From Epiperipatus broadwayi (Eukaryota; Animalia; Onychophora), in contig JAQFVV010000007.1 of NCBI GenBank assembly GCA_028023455.1, forward strand, positions 10,168,001-10,232,000: 64,000 nucleotides of DNA, read 5' to 3'. Shown piece after piece: positions 13,300-26,130 of the stretch. The position numbers and the translations under genes are program-made. The notes below the pieces were generated by a model that saw only the letters and a list, made by a program, of their open reading frames with translations, was not told the DNA's origin and made no database searches. The number at the start of each line of letters is the position of its first letter. The first letter of the stretch is position 1.

Positions 13300-14800
13300 A
13301 TGATGGTGTTTCTTTAATAATGACCAAGGAAAAGTATTAAAAATTAACAATTGCTTGATTATACAATATAAAGAATTTATAAATGAATAATAACAAATGC
13401 AGTTAATTATAGAAAATTATATAAAATATTTAATAAATATTAATATTTGTTATCTAAGTCTAATCTAAGCTTGGGATATGAAAATATATAATTCTATAGT
13501 GTTTTAAAAACACTCAATCAGAGGCGGTTGCATATTATTTAAACAACTTCTCAATTTAAATATTGGAGGATAATAATAATCACAAAAGTAAATGTTTTAT
13601 GCTGTCCTTAATTAGTTTATTCCAATAATTAATATGTAATTAATGACCCTTGCTTAATAATATTGCAGAAGTTATTCATTCTTCTAAAAGAAACAAGTGA
13701 AATTATGGCCTAAATCACTCCTAAATGATAGTTAAAACTTATGGCTTATTTATTACACTTCAAAATCCTTTACTGAATTCATTTGAAGACTTATTCCTTA
13801 GGATTCAAACTCTACTAACAAAAATATAACTCGTATCATTAGGATGCCTTATTGTATACTATAGCATTTTAAAAATTAATATGAACATATAGAAGCTATG
13901 CATAAAATATTCCTTACAGATCTAATTATCTAACTGAGAATGATCAACTCCTTATAACTTTAAGATTGAAAATTAAGAGCCCATAAAATATATAACAATT
14001 CAATATAACAAAATTTACATAAGTTTAAAAAATTAGTATACTGTTACAACCTAATCCTAATATAAATCATATATTTAATCCTATCCAATATCACAAGTAA
14101 TAAAATTAATAAAATTACTGCCTGTACATTCATATAATAATATCTGGAAAACTTTAAGAATTCTTTATTACAAAGTAATAACCAATAAAGTTCACTAGGT
14201 AATCCATTGGTTTATAGTCCACAATTATAATGATTAAAATTTATCCCATAGAAATATTTATATTTGTATAATATTCCAATGTTTTTGGGAATTCACAGAA
14301 ATGTTTTAATAAAAGCATTAAAGATGATATTAAGCACAGTTAAATTTCTTTTGTAGTTGAATCCTTATTGGAACTTAATACAAAGATGAATAAAATTCCA
14401 TTAAGCACATCTGTTAATCCAATGTGAGTAATACTTAACACCTTAATCCATTTTAGGGCTTATTGTTAAAATTGACATTTATAATATTTAATCTTTTTAT
14501 TTTACAATTTATAATCCTTAAGAAATATTAACAGTTTAGCATTTATAATTCATTCTCTATTTCATCAAACACTGGATAATCATAGTTTACTATACAATGC
14601 AATTTAATTGGTTTTTAAAAAAAAAACATTCACTTCTCTCATTAAATTATTTTATTAATCCATTAATTTATAGACCTTTAGTCCTTGTTTCTAAATAGTT
14701 CAGGTCATCTATATTATATATGACCAAGCAAATAGTCTATAACCCATAAACAGATAGCTTCCATTAATTTTTAATTAAAGTTCAACATTTCACGAGTTTA
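13300..14800 (-). mobile_element. Highly decayed non-LTR RT relic (tentative)
   Basis: Minus-strand remnants in the correct order resembling QxGFR, DYxxAFD, GLxQG..LF and KYLG; many stops. Confidence 0.35.
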
Positions 14801-16252
14801 TGATTTGAGTTGAAACTTATTACTTGAAATTTTTTTCCCAGTAATTCATAACGAAATTATCTATATTATTAAGACAAAATATTCACATTTTTTGAAGTGA
14901 AAAGTTGCCTTACTATTACTCTAAATGAATATATGTGACTTAATTGAAATTGATTGATGTAATTTTATAAAAAATATTTGCTATTTTACGATTACTTTAA
15001 AATGAAAAGACTATTGATTTGAGTGAAGTTGTCAATCCATGAGTAAATGTATCAAGTTTCCATTATTATTTGAATGCATTAAATGAAATTTTCTTGAAAT
15101 AATAATCAGTGATAGTTTATTTTTTATTTTTTTATTAATCAGTGATAGTTTCTTGCTTATTTGATGTGGCTAATTTTTTTCCTAGTCCAATGAGAATATA
15201 TTTTTGCCAAGATAGGACAAAATGCCTAAACTGGGTTAGTCTACTTGACCATGATAATGAAGACAAACAAAATAGCTATTTTGGTATTTTAATTTATTTA
15301 GGTTTCAAATGCAATAAAATTTTGTGAAGATGGGCTAGTTTTTCTAAGCACTGATATTTATAGCTTTCAATCAGTTGATGTCTGAATGAGATCCTACTTT
15401 CTATGATTTACTGGTGTTTTCTATTTTTCTGGGAAAATTTGAAAGAAATATCAAAGTTATTAAAATGCAGATTATAGATGTTATCTGATTTTGAATAAAT
15501 GTGGTATGAATGCAGTTCAAAATGAAGGGAAAAAAATACTAATAATAGTTTCAAACTTTTTACTCATCTCATTTTGAAGCTCTGGTTTGAAATAATTTTA
15601 CAATCATTTATTTAAAACACATTATTCATAAAACCTTAAAATTCTCAGATTTTAATTAATTTTAAATTGACCTTTTAATAAAAGTATGCTATTAAATAAA
15701 TACCCTTTTAAATTAAACCAACTAAACTAATTTTGTTAAATCTAAGTATATAAACTTTCACACATGGACACACAACATAAGAATAGTTTGTTCTATTCCT
15801 TAAGTAAAATATAATCTTAAATGTAATTACTTGCTTTTAAAATATTGTGTGTTGTAATGGCAAATTTGTTATTCTGTTCTGTATTTCTTTATAAAATATT
15901 TGTTTTATGTGTGTGTGTACTTCTATTTGCTTATACAATTTGATAGCATTTCCCCCTAATAATAATAATGACAAAAAAACAAAAAAAAACAAAACAAAAC
16001 ATGAACCTACATATTTTTATAAAAGCTATGATTAGAAAATCTGCTTGGGGAGATATTTTTAAATCATTTATGAAATTATGTTTTCTTTTAAACATTAATC
16101 TGAGAGACTTTTGGACTTGATATTGATTATAATATATGGTATTTAATCAATGATAATGATGAATATATTTGCTTATTTAAAAATAAAGCAATAAAATTAT
16201 TACAGTTTATGAGTTATAATAGATAATTTATAGTAGTAACTGCAAGTTTACA

Positions 16253-16364
<112 letters not shown>

Positions 16365-16615
16365 CACTAATAAAAAAACACTCAATTACTGCTCTATAAA
16401 GATGCTTTAATATTTCAACCAGCAGACTGGTTTTCATCAGAAAGCACAGAAAAATGGCTAGTCCCAGAATTTTTTTGATATGTAAATGTTTGTAATATTT
16501 TAGTGTTTAAATTCTGGAAATAGCTATTTTGCTGTGCTTTCTGATGAAAACCAATCTGCTGGTTGAAATATTAAAGCATCTTTATAGAGAAGTAATTGTG
16601 TGTTTTTTATTAGTA
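16365..16615. mobile_element. Family C head-to-head inverted dimer with two near-intact hammerheads
   Basis: Plus: TGCTTT-CTGATGA(16541)-A-AACCA-ATCTGC-TGGTT-GAAA-TA-TT-AAAGCA. Minus copy (core 16434-16440) has stem II AACCAG/CTGGTT. Arms are highly similar. Confidence 0.9.
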
Positions 16616-18897
16616 TTTTTATTTTTCCTTAAGATAGTTCATATGTTTATTATTTTCATGTGTATATATATAGAGAGAGGTAGAGATAGGTATATGTTTA
16701 TATTTAAAACAGTTATTACAAATTTAAATGGCATGGAATAATAGAATGAACAAATTTCTATTTAGACTCATCATTTCAAAAGTATAAATGTGGCTATCTA
16801 ATGGTTTGTAAATATGCTGCTTTGAGATTCAAAGTCAGAATGTAGCTTGGATACTTTTAAACAGCTTTTTTTTCTCAAATAAATTCGGAATTTTCTTTTA
16901 GAGAAAGGCTGATTCATGGTCATTCCAATCATGTTTTGACTGGTTGATGTATAGTTCCAATTGTAAATTCTCTCTCTCATTTCAGTTCTGCTAATTAGTG
17001 AAACTTGGATAATCAATAATTATTAGTGCTTAATAAACCATCATCAATTTCTGTCACATCCATATCCCAAAGTAAGCAGAATGTTTGAGGTAAGCAAATA
17101 TTTGAATGCAAAAGTTCACAATGGGTAGACAGATAGGACAGCACTGAATAGCGAGTTATTAAGGCACTAACACCTACTATTTATTGATTACTTGTCGTTG
17201 CATTAAGTGGAATTACTAGAAAGAGAGGAGGAGATCTTCTATGGAAAATTTTATATAAACTAGGCTCATGTGATATAGCTGAAAATTTGAGATGCTAAAG
17301 TAAACTGTGTTGGGGATTCAAGTAATGGCAATTACCACTGATGATGATCCAATAGTTATTGTTTAACTACTTCAGTCTGTTCCAGGCAAATTGCTTATAT
17401 TTCATAACTGAGTATATAGTTCTTGAAAGATTGAGATTCTATTGTAATGTAGGTTAGTCTAGAGTGAAGAATAAAGTAATTGTAATATAGTTTTGTTTTC
17501 ATTCTGGTGAGAAAGATGTTAGCACATACAACCACACAGTTTATGATTTAGCTTTAAATTTATATATAAAAATGTAGAAAGTGGCAATAATATCCCACTT
17601 CTTTCGAATGCCATCCAGCATTTCCATATTACTGGATCAGATATACTATTGATTATTGTCTTTTTTTCAATAGCTTAAGATCAGATTTAATCTTGTACAA
17701 TAAACCACTAAGCCAGATTTTCACATTAAGCTTTTTGACTGGTGGCAAAAGAATAATAAGAGCTCTATTATTGCTACTAAGATTTATAGTTATTAAGATG
17801 TAAGACAATTTTCCAAAATAAATATTATTACGCGGTTCAACAGTTCCATGAATACTGATTGATGAAAGCAGCATTATAAAAACTTTAAATACTTGTCAAA
17901 AAATTAAGATTTATAGGGTGGCCTCGGGGATTTTCAATTCATGGGATCCACTATGACCTACGTGAAGCGAGGATTCACGATCACACAATCAACAATTAAG
18001 ACCTATTTTCTACATAATAATACATTTAAGTACATAGGTTCAAATATATCGTAGAAAAGCATCAATTAATCAACAAAATATATCAAGTCTTTACTAAATA
18101 CGTGTTAAGTTCTGATTTTAAATATAAAGCATATTTTTTTTATTTATGATGTATAAATTTATTGTATATAGTAAAATAAACTTGATTTTAAACTATATAC
18201 GTACATCTACACTCATGCATAAAACATGAATTTATTGTAAATTCTGTTTTTATTTTGCGTTTAGTCGGATGGACAGAAATGCTCCTTTTTTTTTTTTTTG
18301 TCTTTTATGTTTTTTTTTTGTCAGAGTTTTTCTATTTCTTCTTAGTTTTGCATTATCAATTGATTCCTCCCCTCATGATGTGCGAAGGATTGGGACTTGG
18401 AGCTGATAATAATATTGACCGGAATTCTGCTGTTCCTTTTTTAAAAAAAAATTATTGGGCTTTTAATTTTTAATTTTTTCCCCCTATTTAATCTTTATCA
18501 TTTAACAGCTAAGTCTTAAACTTGACTCAGAGGATCTGTTTTTTTTTTATATCCACTGATATAATCTCTTTTCAAAAAATGACATAAAAAAATTATCCCA
18601 ACCTAATAAAAATATATACAAGTTGTATTTAAAACTACTTAAATTAATCAATTTTAAATAACGGTAATGTTTCTCGTGACATAAAGATATTAGCAAGGCT
18701 GTAAAAGAAGAAATTGTTCTTGTATGGATAACTTAGTCATAAAATCTCTCTCTTTTACACACACACACCTTAATTTATACATTACTTAAATGGAAGACTG
18801 AACGCCATATATTCTTTACATTATAAATTTTACGGATGTTACAATAATGGAAACACTATTCATACTAGCGCTATATATATATATTTTATATGACAAA

Positions 18898-18969
18898 TGG
18901 GTTGACCTGGAAGCGAACCCGGGCCAGCTGCTTGGAAGGCAGTTATGCTAACCGCTAGACTACCAACGC
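18898..18969 (-). pseudogene. tRNA-Gly(TCC)-derived retrocopy with 14-bp target-site duplication
   Basis: GCGTTGGTAGTCTAGCGGTTAGCATAACTGCCTTCCAAGCAGCTGGCCCGGGTTCGCTTCCAGGTCAACCCA; mismatches in acceptor and T stems. TACTAGCGCTATAT occurs at 18863-18876 and 18975-18988. Confidence 0.85.
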
Positions 18970-19929
18970 TAGACTACTAGCGCTATATTTTGACATCATG
19001 TAGCGCAGAAATGGTAAACGCATCCAAAATACCGGACTAGCAGTGACATTGATATTGTAACCTGATAAAATGTTCAAGATTTAGAGTATTCGAATGAGTG
19101 GAACGTTCAGTAAAGGAAAAATAAAACCAGTTAGTATTTTTTTTTTTTTTCTACGATAAAATTGACCAGTTAGTAATTATATGTTGGATTATTTATATAA
19201 TCTGATATTAAATATCTTGAGAAAAATTCAGTTAACGTACCGAACGCGCTTGGCAAATAGTTTTTGTGATTAATGTTTTTTGAATTTTAACTACTCTTAT
19301 TATCCCACTTTATACGTGAAGAATAATTTTAAACTTTCCAAGTACCTTCGACTGTTAGTAATAGCACATAGGTTAGTATATAATACAATGTTTCAAGTGA
19401 TATTATCTCCTCTTATTTCAAGTGCTAGTCTGACTAATGACAGTATTAGCATGCAGTTCAAATCTGGATTTTTAGATTAATGAATATTAAAGTACTTGGC
19501 CAAGATATTAATGAATATTGAATTTAACGAATTTTAAATTCAAGGTAAGGTTCTTAACTAATTGAGTTAGTTATTCTTTCTATGTAAGGAAAACAATCAA
19601 AGTGTTGAATGCGTCTAACGTTTTATGTTGTATCTTCTATAGTGGCTGTTTTTGTATTAATAACTAATCTTTCTTCTAGGCACAGTATTGTATAGAGAAA
19701 TATCTTAAAATAGCAACATAGTTTAGCTATTCAACACAAAAATTTTAAGATGTTAGTATAACTGGGTCACAAATTAAAACATAAAAATATACCAATGTAT
19801 TTTGTACTTTAACCAAGATAGAACAATATATTAAAGATAAATTTATTGATTATGAATACAAAGAAGGGATAGTAAAGCAAATACAAAGGGAAAAAAACAA
19901 CCAAATTGTCTTGAATCATGATAAGCATT

Positions 19930-20365
19930 TGGACTGTTTGAGCAACTTACACTCTTTTCAACAGTCTAGTCATTCTTCCTACAATTGAGAATTCAGTATC
20001 TTTACTTGATAAGCCACAAGCAGGAAAACAAAACACATTCTTCAGCCTTATGACCATTATAGAAGAGCTGATCTTTTGGCTCTCAATCACCCAAAACAGG
20101 CACACCTAGTCATGGTTAGATCCATCTTATGGGCTTATGTAGAGTGACTTTTGGACAAATCGTTAGAGAAACCTTCCAGCACTGATGCAAAAACTATTTT
20201 GGCAACACCACAAGCTCCCAGGTATCATTATAGCTTCTGGAAAAATCATATGATCCCTCTTTCTGACACTCTTGATCTTGCACAAAAGTTCATTATGTAA
20301 GTTACCATTACTTTTCCCAAATATCAGATGGCATCTCATCATCCAGACTATATAGTTCCTCATGA
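19930..20365 (-). mobile_element. Possible LTR-retrotransposon (Gypsy-like) integrase zinc-binding region relic
   Basis: Minus frame WELVVLPK*FLHQ and a later Y*..NCRK..VEKSVSCSN resemble LVVP...H...GH...YWP...DV...V..C..C; heavily decayed. Confidence 0.3.
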
Positions 20366-20384
20366 TTGACCATCTAATACATTA

Positions 20385-20830
20385 AATTTTGTTTTAAGTT
20401 AGAAGAAATGGCTACTGAAACATTTGAAATGCAGTATGTATGGTAATAAAAATATGAGTTTCAAGAATGTGTTCAAACAGTTTGAAAGATTTTGTGATGT
20501 CATGAAGGGCATTGAAGATGATCATTGATGATGATAAACACATCATAACTCATGGTGCAGACACATTACTCTCTTAGAATTTTAGTAGTAAATCCTTAAA
20601 TTATGGCTCTATGTACAACATATGTTGGTTTAGAAGTGTTGTTGCAAATAGCTTGCAGACAAAATCCAGTCATGTTTTTCACAGTAATATGATGTTTGTA
20701 TATCTGGTTTACTTCTATTATCATTTCTGCTTTATGTTTACAGTATACAACATGTGTTTATAATTTTGGCATAATGGATGAAATGTCAGTTTGACCTGAT
20801 AAAAGAAATACTGTGAGTATTGGTTTATTC
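20385..20830 (+). mobile_element. Mariner N-terminal relic
   Basis: IKFCFKLEEMATETFEM, then FKNVFKQFERFCDVMKGIEDD. Confidence 0.7.
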
Positions 20831-20945
20831 TTTTGTAATGGAGTTTGTGTTTGACAATAAGAGTCTTATAAGATTAAGCATAACTGAAATCGCTAAACAC
20901 CACATGATTACCATTCTTTATGCTTACACAAGCTGTTTTTACAGT

Positions 20946-21232
20946 GGCAAAATTCTCCATACAATAGCACCATTCAGTGCAATCCAGAGTAATCAATGGA
21001 TGCATAAAAGTTTGTGTATAAAATCCCTATCTAGTGCCTACTCATCCAATTTCCCCAGACTAATTTTTTGCTTGTGGCTTTCAAATCCAAGCTCCTCACT
21101 GATGAAAGCCACAAGTTAGAAATTAGTCTGGGAATATTGGATGAGTAGACATTAAATAGCAAATTGTCCTGCATCCACTGATTACTCTGGCTTGCACTGA
21201 GTGGTGCTACTGTATGGAGAGTATTTCCTTAT
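20946..21232. mobile_element. Family B head-to-head inverted dimer with near-intact plus-strand hammerhead
   Basis: CTCCTCA-CTGATGA(21099)-AAGC-CACAA-GTTA-GAAA-TTAG-TC-TGGGA. The left arm is the reverse complement and is truncated inside its own HHR core (..GCTTTCA). Confidence 0.9.
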
Positions 21233-21481
21233 ACAGAAAGTGAGTTATTGGTTTTTATGCTAGGTTTGGGAAAAGATAAGGGGGATTTAGATATGAAGGT
21301 CATGGAGTTGACAAAGACTATGTTGTGTAAATGGGATGGAGCAGATTATGGGAAAACTTAGAGTGGACAATGGAAAAGGAAGGTAAAGTGGCTAACAGGT
21401 TTCTCTGAGCATAGCTGCTGAGAGATTCCTGACTCCGTTTAAGGAGAAGTCACAGTGCATCACATCACATCACATCACATC
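21230..21481 (+). mobile_element. 5'-truncated 3' end of the non-LTR family at 7440-8825
   Basis: Shared GAGAGATTCCTGACTC..GAGAAGTCACAGTGCATCA and a (CATCA)n tail. Confidence 0.85.
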
Positions 21482-22430
21482 CTAATTGAAATCATAATTA
21501 AATGATCTCATTATTTGTTTACATGTGTTTCTATTTAAAAAAACAAAAACAAAAAAAAACAATTTATTTTAACAATGTATATGTATACCTTGATTGTTTT
21601 AAAATTTGCTTCTCTAACCAAAGTCATTTAATCTGTGATCCTGATATATTAAATAATATATAAGAAAAGACATTGTTTATGCTCTCAGATTAGCTGCGAT
21701 CTCTAGTGTTAAGTATTTTTAAATAGGTAGCAAACAATAGAAAATTTATCATGATGATAGTCAAGTATTATTTTTTGATGATAATATTCTATTACATGTA
21801 AATCAATCAGTTGTCAGATAGAGATCTTAACACAATAACATATTAATTAACACACATATGGATCTGAGGCACACACACACATACATATATAATTATTTAC
21901 ATTTTTTTTACGAAATAATATTTTAAAAATTCGCAAGTATATCTTGATTTATTTCATCTAATATACATATTCTAAATATCTTTTTTGCTTTAAAATTAAA
22001 AGCATCAAATTTTTGTAAAATTTATTTTCTATTCCATTGGTATTCGTTTTTTATTTCTCTCTATCGTTCTCACCTGCGGCGTCTATTAGTGGACAGCCTC
22101 TAGAGTTTAAAAACACTTGATGTTACTTGAAAATAAAATATTGGATTTTTTCTTTTTCTATTGCCGTTTGATATTAGATATTTTAATTTTATGACTGTAT
22201 TTGATGATTTCTTGATTATCTCTTCTGATTTCTTGCCACAGGTGATTCATAAATATATGATTTATATAAAAGTAGTTTTTTCTGAAAGGCAATATTTCTT
22301 CTCTCAGTTTTTTTTTTCTATTTTGAATTTCCATTATTAAAGTTTTAAAACGCAACATTGTTTTTTTCTCTTTATATATGAACCCAATAAATTGCATTTG
22401 AATATTTATCACATGTGTGTACATACACAT

Positions 22431-24640
22431 ATCATCATCATCAACCATTATCAATCCACTGCAGGATGAAGGTCTCTCCAAGTTCAATCCATCTTCTCCG
22501 ATTTTTAGCTTCTCTTCTCCACATCACCCCTGCACACCTTCTTATTTCATCCATCCTTCTCACATGTGGTCTCTTTCTGGGTCTTTTACAATCTCTTGGA
22601 ATCCAGTTTAAGATTTCAATTGTCAATCTATTATCCTCTCTTCTAGCAATATGTCCAGCCCAACTCCACTTCAGTCTTTTAATTTTTTCAATGAGGTCAG
22701 TAACACCTGTTTGTTCTCTTACCCATATATTGCGTTTTTGATCTCTTCTTGTTACTCCCAACATGCACCTTTCCATACTTCTTTGAGTGGTCTGAAGTCT
22801 TTGTATTGCTCTTCTATTAAGTGTCCAAGTCTCAGATCCATAAGTAAGAACTGGTCAAACACATTTATTAAAAAACCTTCCTTTTCAAACACATAGACAT
22901 ATTTCCTTTTAGTATCAAGTTATTTCTATCAAAAGCACTCCAACCAAGTTTAATTCTATGATTAATTTCATCCATATAATCTGACTAAGGTTGTTGTAAC
23001 TGTTAACTTCTTCTAACTCATCACAATCAATCTTTATTTTTATATTTTTAGAAAATCCATTAAACATTACTTTAGTCTTTTTAACAACATTTCCTGCACC
23101 TCTAAAGCATTATTTGCAAAAACAACTACATCATCTTCAAAATCTAAATGACTTAAATAATCTCCATTTATTTTTACTATTTTAGCTTTTCATTTTAATC
23201 TACAAAATACTTCTTGCAGCATTGCTGTAAAAAGTTTTGGAGATATGGAGTCTCCCTGTCTTACACTCTTTTCAATGTTGACTTTCCTAGTATCATTATG
23301 TTATCTAATTGTTGCTGTTGCATTTTTATAAATATTCTTTAAAATTTGATAATATCCTGGATCTATACCTTGATTATCCAATGCTTTAATTGTTGAAGAA
23401 ATGTTTATAGAATCAAATGCCTTTTCATAATCTACACATCCTAAGCATAATGGCAACTCATATTCATTTATCCTTTCTATAACTTCTCTCAATATCTGGA
23501 TATGATCTACTGTACTAAAACCACTTTTAAATCCAGCTTGTTCTCTTGGTTGGTGAAAATCCATTGTTCTCTGTAGACGAGTTGTAATTATCTTGGTAAA
23601 ATTTTTGTATAAAATAAAGGCTGATAGGTCTGTAATTTCTAATATATTTTTTGTCACTCTTTTTAAATATTAATATTAATACTGCATTCTTCCAATCATC
23701 TGGTACATCTTTATCTTTTAGACATTTGGTATATAACTTTGCCAAAATTTTTTCTATTTCTTCACCTGCTTCTTTTAATATATCAATTACAATTCCATCA
23801 TTACCTGGAGCCTTCCCTTTCTTCATAAATTTAATTGCACGTCTCACTTCCTCATTCAAAATTCTGGGCAATTTGGAAGATATACTATATATAGGAGGCA
23901 CTTGTTCTTTATTACCATATAATTCTTGATAGAAGTCTTCTACCCATTTTATGATGTCATCTCTCTTTTTAGTAATAATTCCATCTTTTTTTTTTTATTG
24001 CAGATATAAACTTTCTACCAATACCAAAATGTTGTTTTACACTCTTGAGACTTTTATTCTTTTCTACAGCTTTCCTTGCTAGTTCACAGTTATACTTTTT
24101 TATATCATATTCAACTTTTTTCTGCACCATTTTACAAAATTTGAGATCACATGACCACCATTTCTAATGCTAGCACATCTGTTATTAATAAAGGCACTAC
24201 TGTATGGAGAATTTTGGCTTTGTTAAAATTCGAGATATTCAATCTTTTTTAACATCATTTTTGTATATCTTTATATTCCTTCTTTTCTTCATAAATTCTC
24301 TAGTCTCAGTAAAAATTTTATTGGTCAATTGCTATTTTTTTCTACAAGCTATCTTTGTTGCAGTTTTTAAAAGTGTATCAGTTATTTTCATATTAATTTC
24401 ATTCAAATCTGAATCATGTTCAAAATATATTAATACTTGAACCGATTTGTAAGTTCTAATATAAATTTATTAGAATGTTTCTGAAGATTAGGAATATTAA
24501 CTGTAAATATTATTTTCCTTATTAATTTTTGTTTCTCTAATTTTGCATTAACATGTATCTTATATCTTACTAATCGATGATCACTTTTACAATCTTGAAA
24601 TATATATTTTCTGTTAATCAAAATATAATCCAATTCTGTT
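22431..24640 (-). mobile_element. RTE-clade LINE (end of EN, RT and 3' end) with (GAT)n tail, frameshifted
   Basis: ORFs 23527-23901 ([17 protein letters not shown]), 23301-23657 ([19 protein letters not shown]) and 22441-22776 (KRLKWSWAGHIARR); tail at 22431-22443. Confidence 0.95.
24140..24215 (+). repeat. Family B-derived fragment nested in the RTE
   Basis: GGCACTACTGTATGGAGAATTTTGGCTTTG matches the family B segment. Confidence 0.55.
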
Positions 24641-24729
24641 GTACCTTCATTTGGAAACTTCAATATATATATATTATTTGGAAACTTCAATATATATATA
24701 TTAATATGAAATATGAATGTTTTGAATCA

Positions 24730-24842
24730 AAAAAGTGTGCTGGGGTGATGTGGAGAAGAGAGGCTAGAATTTGGAGATTCTAGATTAAATTTGGAGAACT
24801 TGTCAACCTGCAATGGATTGATTATGGTTGAAAATGATGATA
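24730..24842 (+). mobile_element. RTE 3'-terminal fragment, inverted relative to 22431-24640
   Basis: KCAGVMWRREAR...LQWID.G plus a GATGAT tail. Confidence 0.8.
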
Positions 24843-24961
24843 TAAAATTCAAATAGCAAGATCTTATAATCATCAAAAGCTTAAGGAAAACGTGGCCCAT
24901 TTTGTTTCTCATCATGTTATTTGTATATAATTTTTGTGAATGTTGTTACTTCCATTTAATT

Positions 24962-25265
24962 TATCATCATCATTATCAACCATTATCAATACATTGCAGG
25001 ATGAAGGTCACTCCACATTCAATCCATCTTCTCTGATCTTTAGCTTCTCTTCTCCACATCACCACTGCACACTTTCTTATTTCATCCATTCATCTTACAT
25101 GTGGTCTCTTTCTGGTTCTTTTACAATCTTTTGGAATTCAGTTTAAGATTTCAACTGTCCATCTATTATCATCTCTTTTAGAAATATGTCCAGCCCAACT
25201 CCACTTCAGTCTTTTAATTTTTTTAATGAGGTCTGTAACATCTGTTTGTTCTCTTATTGCGTTTA
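24962..25265 (-). mobile_element. RTE 3'-terminal fragment
   Basis: IREQTDVTDLIKKIKRLKWSWAGHISKRDDNRW; ATCATCATC tail on the plus strand. Confidence 0.9.
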
Positions 25266-25269
25266 ATTT

Positions 25270-26130
25270 ACACACACACACACACACACACATATTAGAA
25301 TGAGCATTCTGCAAAATAAAATGTGTTTGAATATTTGTCACATGCTTACACTACATACATATATTTTAGAATAAGTATAACATATACACAATAAATGCAT
25401 TTGAGTATTTATCATATTCATGTACTAACGTACACACACACATTGTTGCATATAAAATTGAAATAACAGAAGCTTATAATGATCAAAAGTTTAAAGAATA
25501 GATGGTTCATTCGATTCTTTATATGAGTGATTTTTATTTATACATATCTTCCGGAGATGTTATTTTTGTTTAAATTACACGCACACAAACACTAGAATAA
25601 ATATTATTCATACACAAAATGTTTTATCAGATGTGTATGTATACATGCACTTATATATACATCAGAAAAAGTATTATACATATTCAATAAAATGCATTTG
25701 ATGTATTTATCATATGTGTGTACACACATCCACATATTAATATTTATGAAATATAAACAACAAAAGTTTATAACTCTCAGAACCTTGAAGAATAGAAGGT
25801 TCATTCCACTCTTTATTATTTACTGATGTATGGGTGTTATCTACGCATACTCAAGATTTTGTTTCTTCTGTTTAAATTATGCACACACATATATAGAAGT
25901 ATTACAGCGAGCATTATATATATATATGCGCATTAAAATGTATCTCAGTATTTATCAAATATGCATATACACACGAATTTATTAGAATAAGTATTAGACA
26001 AACTATAAAATGCATTTGATTTGAATATATTATGTCTACACATGTAAATATTATACATGCTCAATAAAATGCATTTGAATATTTATCACATGTGCATACT
26101 TACGCATATTTATATTAGAATATATATAAC
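25270..26130 (+). repeat. Degenerate tandem array of AATAAAATGCATTTGAATATTTATCA-containing units
   Basis: Motif recurs near 25315, 25390, 25685, 26005 and 26062, and also at 22385 before the RTE insertion. Confidence 0.6.

Noticed and set aside
13300-14800. Mitochondrial insertion (numt)
   Set aside because: No mitochondrial protein motif emerged under the invertebrate mitochondrial code; faint RT motifs fit better.
17339-17412. C/D box snoRNA (TGATGA...CTGA)
   Set aside because: No terminal stem, no D'/C' boxes and no recognisable rRNA guide.
18898-18969. Functional tRNA-Gly gene
   Set aside because: C-C mismatch in the acceptor stem, T-stem mismatch, altered T-loop and a flanking TSD.
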